Origin: Fistulifera solaris
Lineage: Eukaryota
Reading direction: 5' to 3'
Length of the DNA: 64,000 bases
Assembly (NCBI GenBank): GCA_030295235.1
Contig: AP026172.1
Span: forward strand, 62,001 to 126,000
Numbering within the stretch: position 1 is the first letter of the stretch; every line of letters starts with the position of its first letter. Positions 1-11,020 of this stretch are shown here, one piece after another. A program made the position numbers and the translations under genes. The notes under the pieces are model-generated. The model was not told where the DNA came from. It was given only the letters and a program-made list of their open reading frames with translations, and searched no databases.

Positions 1-712
1 TCAGAAAGGTAGCACCAGAGTGTAGCAACGCGACAGCGAGTTGGCAATGTTCATGGATAAGCCTGGGAAGGAGCATTGGAAGGCCATGAAGCGTTTGGTA
101 GGCTATTTGGCAAGTACTGACGTGCACTTGAAGTTGCGAGAGCCGTTAAACCTAAAGGTATATGCCTGGGTGGATTCGAACTTTGCTACGAATAAAGAGA
201 GCGAAAGAGTGTGACTGGATTTTTTTGTTACGGTGGGCGGTGGACTTTGCGTGTTTTCGAGCAAGTTGCAGCCGTCAGTGACTTTGTCCAGCACTGAAGC
301 AGAGTATTATGCGGCGTCTCACGTGTGCAACGGATATCAAGTTTCTGCAGATGTTGTTTGAGGAGTTGTTTCCAAAGGAGTTGACTTCGGCCGGGTGTGT
401 TGCTTGAAGATAACACCGGCGATCTTCCTTATGGAGAACCAAGTGGTTGGCAACAGAACTAAGCACATTGATATCAGGATGCATCATATCAGAGAGATGA
501 TGTCGAAGGAAGGAAACATGGACCCGAGATTGGTTGTTAAGTTTGTCAAGTCAGAGAACAACATTGCAGATATTGCGACCAAGAACGTGACGGAGAAGGT
601 TCATGATAGGTTGGCTCCCATTGTGCGTGAGGGACTAATGAGAGAGTTCATTAGAGCCATCTTGGCAGCCGACAGGGAGGATGTCAAAGCATGGCGCCCC
701 TATGCGACATGA
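1..712 (+). mobile_element. Ty1/copia LTR retrotransposon (CoDi-like), 3' end of pol (RT end + RNase H), frameshifted
   Basis: Joined frames read ELAMFMDKPGKEHWKAMKRLVGYL...VDSNFA...RKSVTG...KLQPSVTLSSTEAEY...EDN..AIFLMENQVVGNRTKHIDIRMHHIRE...FVKSENNIADIATK, the typical copia RT/RNase H motifs, with several 1-bp shifts. Confidence 0.93.
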
Positions 713-1218
713 TGGTGTGTCGGACTGGTGCAAAGATGACGTGAGCACAGCGGACGCACAAAAAGATGTCGCGGGTGATTGCGGAGGTGAAGTGGGCGAC
801 TGGGTTTTACTCTGTAGGGAATCGTGGAACGGAGGTTTTCCCAGGTCGCATGAAGGATTGGAATAATTGGAGCATCAGTCCGAATGTGGAGATTTCGGAG
901 GTGATGGCTTATGGAGGATACGGATTTTCTAAGGAGATGGGATTGACTAGGATTGACGGCAATATAGTAGAAGGTCAGGGGAAATTATTTGAGAGGACTA
1001 ATTACCAGGATTGTTGGAGGATTGCGTCGAACAAGAGAGTTTAGTTTTAGATTATAATCTGTAGACAGAGAGTTTGGAACAAGTTAGGTTTCATAGAGCG
1101 TCTCACCAGGGATCGAGTTCCGGTGGTGAGAGAGAAGAAGACAGAAGACCGCTGGAGATTTTAACAACACTGCTCTTCGGATCCTTCTTGCCGATAATTT
1201 CCTTTCCTTTTACCAACA
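682..1218 (+). repeat. Putative 3' LTR of the copia element
   Basis: Purine tract AGGGAGGA (674-681) is followed directly by TG (TGTCAAAG). Candidate CA end at ...TTTTACCAACA (1218). Internal hairpin TCTCACCA..TGGTGAGA at ~1101-1131. The 5' LTR is outside the window, so the end is inferred. Confidence 0.6.
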
Positions 1219-2473
1219 AAGTTCGGCGCCTTTGCTGGTAACTGCAAACCAGTTCTTGGATGATTGTGGCAGAGCTCATGTGTTGCGAGATGAGCCACGC
1301 GTTCTCTGCTCGGCTACGACTGCCGTTTTCTCTTCTTCATCTAGGTGAGGCTATTCTTTTGTACATCTCTACCTCATTTGATGATGATTCGTCGAGAACC
1401 TAATCGTCCTGATGTTCTTATGTCGATCATAGAGATGCCGCTCGATTAGCTTGTTGCCACCTGGGGTTTGCCCTTTAACCGTGTTTTAAACCTACGCAAT
1501 GGCACGGTTTCGGAGTTTTTTACCATGGAAATTTAGCTGGAAGATCTTGCGATCTCAAAGTCGAAACCATCCGTGACCCATCCGGATTGTCTTGATGAAT
1601 TAAAGCCAGAAGACTTGTGTGTTGACGTGGATGAAGCAAAGGTGGAAGCTCCTCAAGGAGTAACACTTATCATCGACGTTTCGGGAAACCATGATGATGA
1701 TCCTATCGCCATTAACGCTTCTGTAGCATTGAATACGCCAGTCGTGACCATCGTTAATTCTCTCGATGGAGCACGTAATTGCCTTCGACTCCAGAAAACT
1801 ATCTCGGTACCATCGATCGATTTGCAAGTCAATGGGAGAGCTTACTGCGTGAGTACGAGGTTATCCCAGCAAATCTTTATTTCCCGAAGTGCTCCGATGG
1901 CAAAATCGAAGCGAGTTGTGCCAAGGACACGCTATACAAAGTTGACTTTTTCTTACTGGAATGGTACGGGTACCAACAATTGAAAGATGATCCGGAAGGG
2001 TTCAAGAAATTATTTCCAGACCCAGCGCTTCTTGCAGGGCAGTACATTGCGTTCCCCCTTTTGATGCGGATGTCTATTCTCATGGCTCACTCTCTGGCTG
2101 GTTGGAGATTCTCACGGAATGAATCCAGAAACCCCAGCGAATTCACGATCCGACTCCTTGTTCAGAGGCGCACGAAACCTCTCTACCACATATTATTTAC
2201 AAGGTTGCGGAGCTTGGTGGCGGCGAGCACGTATTACAATTCTGAGTATGCCCCTTGTCCTCCTAAAGAAGTAACCGAAGGGCTTTTGAATGACGCAGCG
2301 GCTGGCGTGGCTGCGGGCGCCATTTTATTGGAGCTTTTCTCATGTTCCTTGTCATGAAGTTTGTGCTGAACTATCACACGGGTATCGACGAAAAGTTTCA
2401 TGAGGCAGAAAAGGAAGAAAAGGAGCTCGAGTCAAACACTAGCCAGGCGTCGCACAGGAATGATGCGGCCTAG
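1219..2473 (+). pseudogene. 5'-truncated or frameshifted host gene for a putative type I membrane protein
   Basis: Open frame without ATG starts right after the LTR. GT-AG intron 1345-1432. Overlapping ORFs 1573-1983 and 1779-2357, then a shifted frame giving TM GVAAGAILIGAFLMFLVMKFVL and stop at 2473. Confidence 0.45.
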
Positions 2474-2718
2474 AGGTGGATCAGCAAGAGCGATCTTAGT
2501 ATTAATGGTGCTTGTATTTGTGTAATCTCTTTTTTATTGTACTCGTTAGTGGTAACTCGGGGATTAAATTACGTTTTCCATGTTGTGTAGGATAAAAGGA
2601 ATCTACCGGCAGAAGTTAATTCAGACTGTGATACAGTATTTTTACTTGAAATAAAAGAAGGAGAATGCGATGAAGTCCTGATAGTGTGATCGTTAGTGTT
2701 GATGATTTAAAAAGGCCC

Positions 2719-3198
2719 TTATAATCTCATTCCCTCCGCCATGACAGACGTCATGTATTTAAATACACGAGTCCAGTTGTCGGCATCTTCCGTTGTGAAG
2801 TCAGCTCCCAGGATTGTTTCAACTGCGAAAATAGTGGCTCGACCCATCGAAGAGAGATCTTCTGGCTTGGCGCCGTACGAAATATGTCGCTGGCCGAGAT
2901 CCTTGAGAAAGTCTTCCAAGGAATCCAAATTCGGTCCTAGAAACTGAACGACACAGTCCACCATATCCACAATCACAGGAGCATGAGTCTTGAACGAAAG
3001 GTGTTCCTTGATATTCTCCACGCCTTCCATATCAAAGATAGCTGCGGCAGGAGGATTCAATTGAAAGAGTCGCTCAAAGATGAGTTCGCCTAATCGATCG
3101 ACGTAGTCTTTGTCTTTCAACTTCACCTGGTCCCATGTACTCGACACATTCATGGCGGTGGTGTAGTCAATACTTTCGATACGAGTAGAAGTTGTCAT
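2719..3198 (-). CDS. Single-domain 3/3 globin
   Basis: A-helix W (VSSTWDQV), B/C/CD FERLFQLNPPAAAIF, distal His (KTHA), proximal His (LGQRHISYG), H-helix W (DNWTRVF). Confidence 0.9.
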   Translation of the reverse strand: MTTSTRIESIDYTTAMNVSSTWDQVKLKDKDYVDRLGELIFERLFQLNPPAAAIFDMEGVENIKEHLSFKTHAPVIVDMVDCVVQFLGPNLDSLEDFLKDLGQRHISYGAKPEDLSSMGRATIFAVETILGADFTTEDADNWTRVFKYMTSVMAEGMRL

Positions 3199-4123
3199 GG
3201 TGTCTTTTATTATGTAGCACAAGCGTTTGAAGGAGTCCCAAGTAAAAAAAAATGGTGCAAGCTCTCTTCTCTCCGCTCCGAAAATTTTTGGCTGGCTGAG
3301 AGACCAAGGTGCAAGATTGAATCTTGGAATCCATCGGGAAAGTATACTATTTTATCGATAGCATTGATCCGACGATACTGCCCCTCTACTACGTAAGCGG
3401 ACATTCACTTACAGATTGATTCTTCCGTGTTCCAACACGACATTTCATGCAACAATAAAATTTTGGATAACTGCGACGTTTACGTAAAAATGACCCCGAA
3501 ATCCGTACTTATTTGCAAAGGGCTGTCAGCAATGGACCTATCCGCTCCCCCAAACTCCGCTAAAAATGATACAAAAAAGTAGAGTATTCGAGTGACATGT
3601 GACATGAAAAGCACCTACGGATTGCGGATGCTTGCTGCGAAAACCGAAAAACAGCCGCCGACAGCATGCAGGGAGCAGGCGGGTTAAAAAATCAGTTGCC
3701 CCTACACTGGTGTAACCTGCATTTTACGAATACACGGTCATTCGCAATAAACATTAACGGAGATAAGACAAAAGACACTTCGTGTTGACGAGAGGGGTGC
3801 AATAGCGGATGTCTTTGTCTTGGGCCTTTGTGGATTCGGGAGGGAAAGTTTATGCGCCTCTATTACAGATTTACAGGACAAGTTTCAAAACACTTGTTTA
3901 GCAAACAAGAACCGAAAAGAACGTCCCCTGCATTTCTTGTTTCTTTCAGCTAAGCGATTGCCAGCAAATTATACTGAACTTATCAACAATACGCCTCAAG
4001 TACATTGCTCCTTTGGGCAAGGGAGGTTAACAGCAGAACCTGTACGATTGTTCGTAATCCATAACGAGTCAATATTCTTTGATATGAATTACCGCATCAA
4101 ATTGTCCAATTATGCTTCAACCA

Positions 4124-4826
4124 TTAGAGAAGAGCTATGAAAGGAATCAAGACAAGGAATCCTGTCGCTAAATTCACCGTAAGTTCCTTGACGCTCGATG
4201 TGGTCGTTGTTTCCCCTTCATGAGCATGATCATCGCAAACCACTTGACTTTCCGCTGTCGTGGCTGAATTGCAGGCATGCATAGTACAAATGGATTCCAT
4301 ATCATGCAAACCTTCTTCGGCAGCTGTTGTCAAGGACTCGTGCGGGCAGTTGTCGTGGACCGCTACCAGAGTAAGAAAGTTGGTGCCACACGCCTCGGGA
4401 GAGCAGTCGGTCAAACATCCGGCATCCAACATGGCACTGTAGGCCGCATCACCGCTTCCATCATCGCATACAGATGTTGGGCAATCGGGAGCTCCTTCGG
4501 TCGCGCTACGTTGAATCTCACACGCAACGCAAAGCGGTGTCAAAGTCATGGAAGCCATCTTCAATCTCGGTCGGCACTTCACCATCTTGACAATAGTCGT
4601 GATGCGCTTGAATGATATAATAGTTCAAAGTACAGTCCTCGGAACTGCAATCCGTGGCACATGAAGACGTTTGCAACGCATTAAAAGCTGTCAGCATAGT
4701 AGCCGTGTCAGTACAATCAATGGCAAATCCTAAATGTTCCGCTTCACAGGCGCAACTCTCGGCCGAAAGCACCGCGGCAAACTGAAAACTTAGAAGAAGG
4801 ACGATTGACGCCGGCACAAGCATCAT
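4124..4826 (-). CDS. Secreted Cys/His-rich two-repeat protein with C-terminal hydrophobic (GPI/TM-like) tail; candidate metal-binding surface protein
   Basis: ORFs 4518-4826 (signal peptide) and 4124-4585 join if one base is removed at ~4531. Two repeats of C..TDCS...C..N.....HDxC.......E.G.HD; Thr/Ser linker and hydrophobic C-terminus. Confidence 0.75.
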
Positions 4827-5094
4827 GGTAGCACAGTCTAATCGTCTTGTTGAAGTGGTAAAGGTGTGAATGGCAGTGAATTAACGTCGGTACAACGAAA
4901 GAGTGAAAAGTGAAACTTTTGCAAAAACTGCAAAAGGGCCGGAAAGCGCTTTAAGCCTGAAGAAGGCCATAAGAATAGCCTTGACACTACCATTCGCAAG
5001 ATCGAACTTCATAGACAATTTACTTTTTGTTGTGCTTGCGCAATCTTGCGACTTCGCCTCTCTGAAGTGTGGAAAGTAGAAAAGGCTAACTTGG

Positions 5095-5103
5095 GACACG
5101 TGT
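5095..5103. promoter_or_regulatory. ACACGTGT palindrome (CACGTGTC on minus strand) in a bidirectional promoter; resembles the reported diatom low-iron response element
   Basis: GGACACGTGTG lies ~270 bp from the ATG at 4826 (-) and ~260 bp from the ATG at 5363 (+). Confidence 0.45.
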
Positions 5104-5362
5104 GGAATGAGAAGTGGCCTAAACTAGATCTCAAAACACTTTCTCTCAAGGCCGTTTAGCTTTTTTTCTTTTATTTCTCATTCCGATGGTCACCGTCGTC
5201 TCTTTTAACCGGGCACACTACCTGGTACCAGAAAATAAGCCAAGAAGCTTCTTCTGGGCCTCAAAAAGCTCCATTGCTTCCCTGACGAGACAGGTTGACT
5301 GTATTTCTATCAAGTCGATCGGTTTCAATTGCTTCCTCTCGCTCACTTTATACACAATAAAT

Positions 5363-7212
5363 ATGACTAGCACTAGTAGCATCACCACAATCTGCTTTTG
5401 TTCCTTGTGTGCTTTGGCGACCTCTTCCGTACAGGAACAGCTGCCAACAGCAGCACTTCCCCGAAGTTTGCAAGTCAAGAGCACGTTTGTCAATTTGTAT
5501 GAAACGGTCACCACAGTCGACGCATCTATCGACAAGGACATTCGCGCCATTTTCTCTAAGACCAACTTTGGGACACAGGCGGCGTTTGAAGAAGCCAAGA
5601 AGCTCTATTCTCAAGGAGCCTATGTTGCATCGTATGCCACGTTGCAGATTGACGCTACGAGTTTAACGGAGGATCTAGTCGCTGGGACTGCGATCCAGGG
5701 AATGTCGAGCAATCGTCCGAATCATCCTGCGAAAGGGATTGTCATGGAAACTGTTCCAGCAGGAAGTACATCAATAAGAGTACAGTACACGACAAATTGT
5801 TACGTCGGTGGTCTCGGCACACCTATCGTCGATCATTGTAAGAAGATATTTGCGTCGTGTTTTTGGTTCATCCCATACTAAATGCGCCTCACATGAACGT
5901 GTTTCTCGTTTAATTGCTGTGAGTCAGGTTTGATGGAATCGACTGGCGATCAAACGATTCAAATAAGCGAAAATGGCCAAAAAATTGCATACACGTACAA
6001 TCCATTACAAGACACAAAGAATGCTTTAACCCTGGAGCTCCTGGGCCAAGGCAATTCATCTTCGCCCGCCTACTCTGCATTCGTTGATTTCAGCGGGGCG
6101 TATGACTACGCCAATCAACTTATCATGGCGGCATTTCAAGGTTCCACAACATCGTTTCCCAATCAGCACACGAACATGGACTTTTCGAAATTGGACCACG
6201 AAGGGCGAGCCGGTGAGTAGTTCATGCCTGACTCTTTGGAATAGCCTTTTAAGCAACTCAAAGACTTTTTTATGAAACAGCTGCCATTCGTTGGGGAATG
6301 GTCGGCATGATTATACATTCACAAGTGCTGGAGAAATTACATCTAGCCACGGCGTCCTGCGACCAGAAAGAAAATGCCATCCATCACTGGGACGAGGCAG
6401 TCGGCTTCTACACGGGTTCCATCACCGACTTTCCCGGAGAAGAAGGATACCTTATCTTCACCGTAGCTGAAATGGAATGCTCTTACTTTGGGACATGCAG
6501 TGAAGGAAGCATGGCCCGTGTCAATGAAGCAATTTTTTTGGCATTTCTCGAAGGCAAGGACATGCTGCAAGAAAAGCAATGTAAAGAAGTCATTAAAGTA
6601 TCCCAGCGAATCAAATCACTAATGATGATTCCTCTCGTTCAACGCATCCTTCGTCATGCGTATGAACTGGATCTACAAGAGAACCAACAAGCCAAAACTC
6701 AAGGCGACGCCGCCGCCTTCATGGCATCCCTTGCACCACATCTGTATAGCTGTCAGCGATCGTCAGCGCACATGTTGTGGAATGATCTAGCGCCTGGAAA
6801 CGCTACAAAAGCTAGTTTTGAAGTTCTCAAATTCAATTTGGAGCGAACGTACGATTGTTTGGGAATCCGTTGCGAGGATGTCGGCGGTTTGTTGCACATT
6901 GATCCAAGTGGCAGTGGGCTGTTGTATAATAAAGGCGCCGAGCCCTGTAATTACGTTCCGTCGCCAGCTGAATCATCTAATAAGACGAAAAGCACTAACC
7001 GTGCTGAAGAGAATGACGACGACAGGAATCAAACCGCATCGACGATCGTTTTTGTGGCGCTGGGATTTTTAGTTGCTGCAGTTCTCTTTGCGTTTGTTCG
7101 ATATCGCTCGAAGAAGCCGACGAAAGTGAAAGCAATGGAACAAACAGACGCTGTGGCATCCAATGATAAGGAAGATACGACCGTGGCGGTCAAAGTTGGC
7201 GAAATAGCTTGA
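5363..7212 (+). CDS. FEA1/ISIP2-type low-iron-inducible cell-surface protein, type I membrane; exons 5363-5837, 5928-6212, 6281-7212
   Basis: Signal peptide; HHWDEAVGFYTGS, GYLIFTVAEMECSYFGTC, IPLVQRILRHAY and YDCLGIRCEDVGGL are FEA1-family motifs; C-terminal TM. Both GT-AG introns splice in frame. Confidence 0.85.
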
Positions 7213-7791
7213 ATGATAAATAAATAAATGTAGAGCAATTTGAAGTGTCATATGAATCATGCAGTAACCATCTGATCAGTCGGGAAAGACTGTGCTTGTC
7301 CATCATGATAATTACACGATAGATCGTTTCAATTGGTTCATCAATCGACATTTTACTGCATTACCAGATACGAAGCTTATTTGAAAGAGTTGCAGCAGTG
7401 CGCGCGTCTCTGGTATTTTGTTATAGCAACAAGTTGAGAGGGTTCTGGATGTGGATGTATGGCGAGAGAACATCAAGACGGACATCGGATGGTCGCGTTT
7501 TGCGCCACGGCGAACCGTTACTCAATCTTTCTATGTACTCGTATTTCTGATGGATATTAGTACACTAAATTAAAGACTATTATGGGTTGTTAGGTCGAAG
7601 CTATTTCCAACACGGAAAGAACTTTGCTGTTGGACATGAACCGGTTTTCAAAGAAAAAAGTGTGATCCAAAATCACGGCAGTTTTGCGAAAGATGAATGA
7701 AGCCAACAACGGAAGACAAGACAACTCCGACAAGAAGGGCAACAGAACCGCAAACGTCTTTTGAATATCATTTTAGAAGCTTAATTTTATC

Positions 7792-8763
7792 ATGGATCAG
7801 CTACAAACTGAATACATTCCATCGAATGAATGCTTTTCGTCGTTCAAGAAAGGATTTGCGAAGGATATAATGCAAACCGAACAAGACGACACCGTCATGG
7901 TGTCATTGCTGCGTCGTGCCGACTTGGATGGTTCTATTGTCTGTCTTACTCCGCCTCCTTTGTACAAACTGACGAAACGAGGTGGTAACATTGACACAAC
8001 ACCCGGGAGTGATCAAGTAGATAACTTCCGTTCGAGACATTTTCTTTCCGAGAGAGGCGCTTTTTCGTCGTTCATTCATGAAAACGTGTCGTCGCCGACA
8101 ACACCTTTCGCGCACGAAAGTGATTCTTGTTCACATCAAGAGACCAGGGTTTCTCCCATATTCCATTCAAGGCGTGCATCGGTTTTGGATGACGATGAGG
8201 ACGATGGTGATTTCGACGACCACTACTTCGACCTTCAACACAACGATGATATGTCAATCGCGTTCCCGGCCGAGATTGACACGAAAACATCTCACGCAGA
8301 GGCATCTATCTCAAGCACTTTCTGCGGAGTAGCGCTTCCGAAGGATTTGGAAGTGCACAATATGACAGCGTGCTGTGGTAGCTTTCGCGACAAGCTGCTG
8401 TGTCTGTTTGAAACTTCTACAACGTCAAAGGTAAATATCCACAAGACTCAAGCGATGGATAGTGACATGATGCAGTCAGGAGAAACCGAAAAGCCATCCA
8501 CCAGTGACACAGCTGCAGTTACTGAAGATGATTTGTCATGGAATCAAGATCGCTTCCGCGATATCAAATTGAATAAATTGAACCAGCGGTTTCAACCAAA
8601 CGGGATTCCAGAGGGGTGCCCCATGCATGTTGCTATCAACGAGACAGAAGAATCGACAGTGGCGTCTACTATGTCGGGCGAGTCGAGTCAAACAGCAGCT
8701 TCGAAGAGTCCACGCCGTTTACGCCTGGCGCGTTTGCACAAACAGCGGATGCAGCAATACTAG
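7792..8763 (+). CDS. Hypothetical protein, acidic and Ser-rich, probably disordered
   Basis: 323-aa ORF with ATG; no recognisable domain. Confidence 0.65.
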   Translation: MDQLQTEYIPSNECFSSFKKGFAKDIMQTEQDDTVMVSLLRRADLDGSIVCLTPPPLYKLTKRGGNIDTTPGSDQVDNFRSRHFLSERGAFSSFIHENVSSPTTPFAHESDSCSHQETRVSPIFHSRRASVLDDDEDDGDFDDHYFDLQHNDDMSIAFPAEIDTKTSHAEASISSTFCGVALPKDLEVHNMTACCGSFRDKLLCLFETSTTSKVNIHKTQAMDSDMMQSGETEKPSTSDTAAVTEDDLSWNQDRFRDIKLNKLNQRFQPNGIPEGCPMHVAINETEESTVASTMSGESSQTAASKSPRRLRLARLHKQRMQQY

Positions 8764-9130
8764 CTCCGAGTTGATAATCTGCATCAACTCTCTATCCCAG
8801 GAATCTGTCATGACAACAGACTAGCTTGTCAATAAACCTTCATTTGTGGAAGCAAAAAGCGCGTCTTGTTGCGTGTTAAGGATGTTTCCGGGCATGTGTT
8901 TATCTCGTGTGTAACTTATTGGATGTATCAATCAGCAATAATAATTTAATTTGCATGCATTTTAAGAATCCGTGTAACTCTATCGTCTTTGATTTATAGT
9001 AAGTGCTTAAACTGGTGCAAGATGGGGTATTTGTGCACTGGATATCAAGGTCGTCATTTCGAGTAATCTCGTGATTCAGAGAGTCTTTGGTTGACCGTCT
9101 CATTGGATTCGGCTCGTGGTAACTAAAATG

Positions 9131-9215
9131 TACTGGAAAGGACGTCAAAATTCTGCTTCCACTACAAGATTCTACGTAGCGTCTACGAAGAGGCAGAATT
9201 TTAACGCCGTTTCCC
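9131..9215. repeat. ~85-bp hairpin (MITE-like) element, copy 1
   Basis: Imperfect inverted repeats GGAAAGGACGTCAAAATTCTGCTTC / GAGGCAGAATTTTAACGCCGTTTCC; a second copy lies at 55834-55924. Confidence 0.7.
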
Positions 9216-9272
9216 CGATGCATGACTAGCATCAAGCTTCTTTTCCTAGAGTAGACTACACCTTCCATTGTA

Positions 9273-9530
9273 TAGGCCCAAAGTGTAAACGACCTTTTTC
9301 CACGACTGAAACTTCAGTCATGAATCAACATGAGTACAATGTAGACTGCTACCAAACCGCTCCTCCTGCTGCCATCCGGCTAGGCTATTATTGTTCTCAT
9401 AAAATGCACTAATCTATAGCATTATTTGTTATGAGCGCGTTGATTCGTTATAACGAAATACCGTGCAGATCGTCGTTTTCTCAATTTCATGTAGGCCCAA
9501 AGTGTAAGCGACCTTTTGCCACGACTGAAA
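9273..9530 (+). repeat. Pair of 39-bp direct repeats (9273-9311, 9492-9530)
   Basis: TAGGCCCAAAGTGTAA(A/G)CGACCTTTT(T/G)CCACGACTGAAA, 2 mismatches, 219-bp period. Confidence 0.85.
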
Positions 9531-9950
9531 TTAAGTCGAGAGTCGAACAAAGATTACTTCTTGACGAGAGTCATGCCAGAACGAGTTGAAACTAACAATG
9601 AACCAACCTATCGAGAGGATTTTCACATGGCGTTTAGCCTTTTTGCATACGAACAGTGTTATCGTTTACTGCATATCTCACTTATTAATTAGTACGTGCT
9701 ACTTGCACCATACGACGGACGAGGGACCGCAACCCGCCAAGGGCGCGGCGCGGCGTTAGGAGCGAGTGACGTCAGGAATTCCAACGAATGACTGACGGCA
9801 GCGCACAAAAACCCGTCCGCGTCAGACGAGTTTTTCGCGAGGCATTTTCTGTTTCATCCAATTGATGGAAGAAAACGAGTTGCTGGTGAATCTCTTGACT
9901 CTGTAAAAACAAAAGCGACTAGACAATTATTACTGCTGAGATAGGAAGTG

Positions 9951-11020
9951 ATGCGAGTTCTTTTTGTGACACTTCTCTCGTGGTTGTCATCGACAGCGGT
10001 GGCCTTTGTGCCGCCAACGCAACGCGTTCCGACGGCACTCGCTACCGCCATGACGCCCCTTTTCCTACTCAAGCATGGGAGGGTAAGGAGTTTCGTGTTA
10101 CGGAGTTGCAAGACATGTTTGCAGAAGCCATGCAGAATTTTCAGAACCTTATGGAAAGTCACTCATCAATCTACTTCGACTTTGATACGGACATGAAAAT
10201 CGCTGCTTCCGTGGCGACAACGGTTCGCGGCAATGGGGTCGTGAGTAACGAAGAAATGTACCGCTATATTCAACAAGGAATCGATCAACTGGTCTTGACG
10301 CTTGCGCATGTCTTGGCACAGCTGGATGGATTTAGTATTGAACAAAAAATTGCGGCGGCACTAGCGACGGTCGTCATTTCGTATCCGGTCAGCTATCAGT
10401 ACTATCAATATGAGTTGGCAGAAGAAGAGCGACTGGCGGCAGAAAAGAAAGCAAAATTAGCTGAAAAGAAGAAAGCAGAGGCCTTGAAAGCAAAAGCGGA
10501 GAAGACTAAAGCCGCCGATGGAAAAGAACCCAAGAAGAAAGTATCGAAAATAGAACGAGACACCGATTTTGTGGGCGACGTAATTGAAGGAAATAGACCA
10601 GCCAAAGGACCCAAGGGAGCCAAAAAAGAACAAATCACAATGAAAGACGAAGTGCCAGAGCTGGCTCAAGAGATTGTCACGGCACAAGTAATAGAATCCT
10701 CTGTTCCTCCTTCTCCTGTAGCCCCTCTCGGCCCCACTGTTACTGTGCAAGTGCCCGCCTCACCTCGTGTCATGGAATCAATCATGCCAGTGATGGGAAA
10801 ACAAGCCGAAGATGGAGGAATGGATGCGTATGCGAGGGCCTATGCGGCCATGTTGTCTCAGGTACAGGCCGTTCAAGTGGCAGAACCCGTCCCTGCTGCT
10901 CCTATCGCTCAACCTGTAGCAACATCCACCATTGTCACTTCAGCGGTGGAGACATCGGCACCTGCCCGTACCGCGGTTGGTACTGCTAGTTACCTGGAAT
11001 CTCTGTCACGTTCCGCTTGA
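9951..11020 (+). CDS. Putative plastid-targeted membrane protein (frameshift between ~10010 and 10190)
   Basis: MRVLFVTLLSWLSSTAVA-FVPP is a bipartite presequence in one frame. The body, in ORF 9980-11020, has one TM, a Lys/Ala coiled coil, a Pro/Ala/Val-rich tail and terminal ASYLESLS. Confidence 0.7.

Noticed and set aside
681..1044. Extra ORFs after pol (env-like?)
   Set aside because: They are short, lie inside the predicted LTR and have no TM or known motif.
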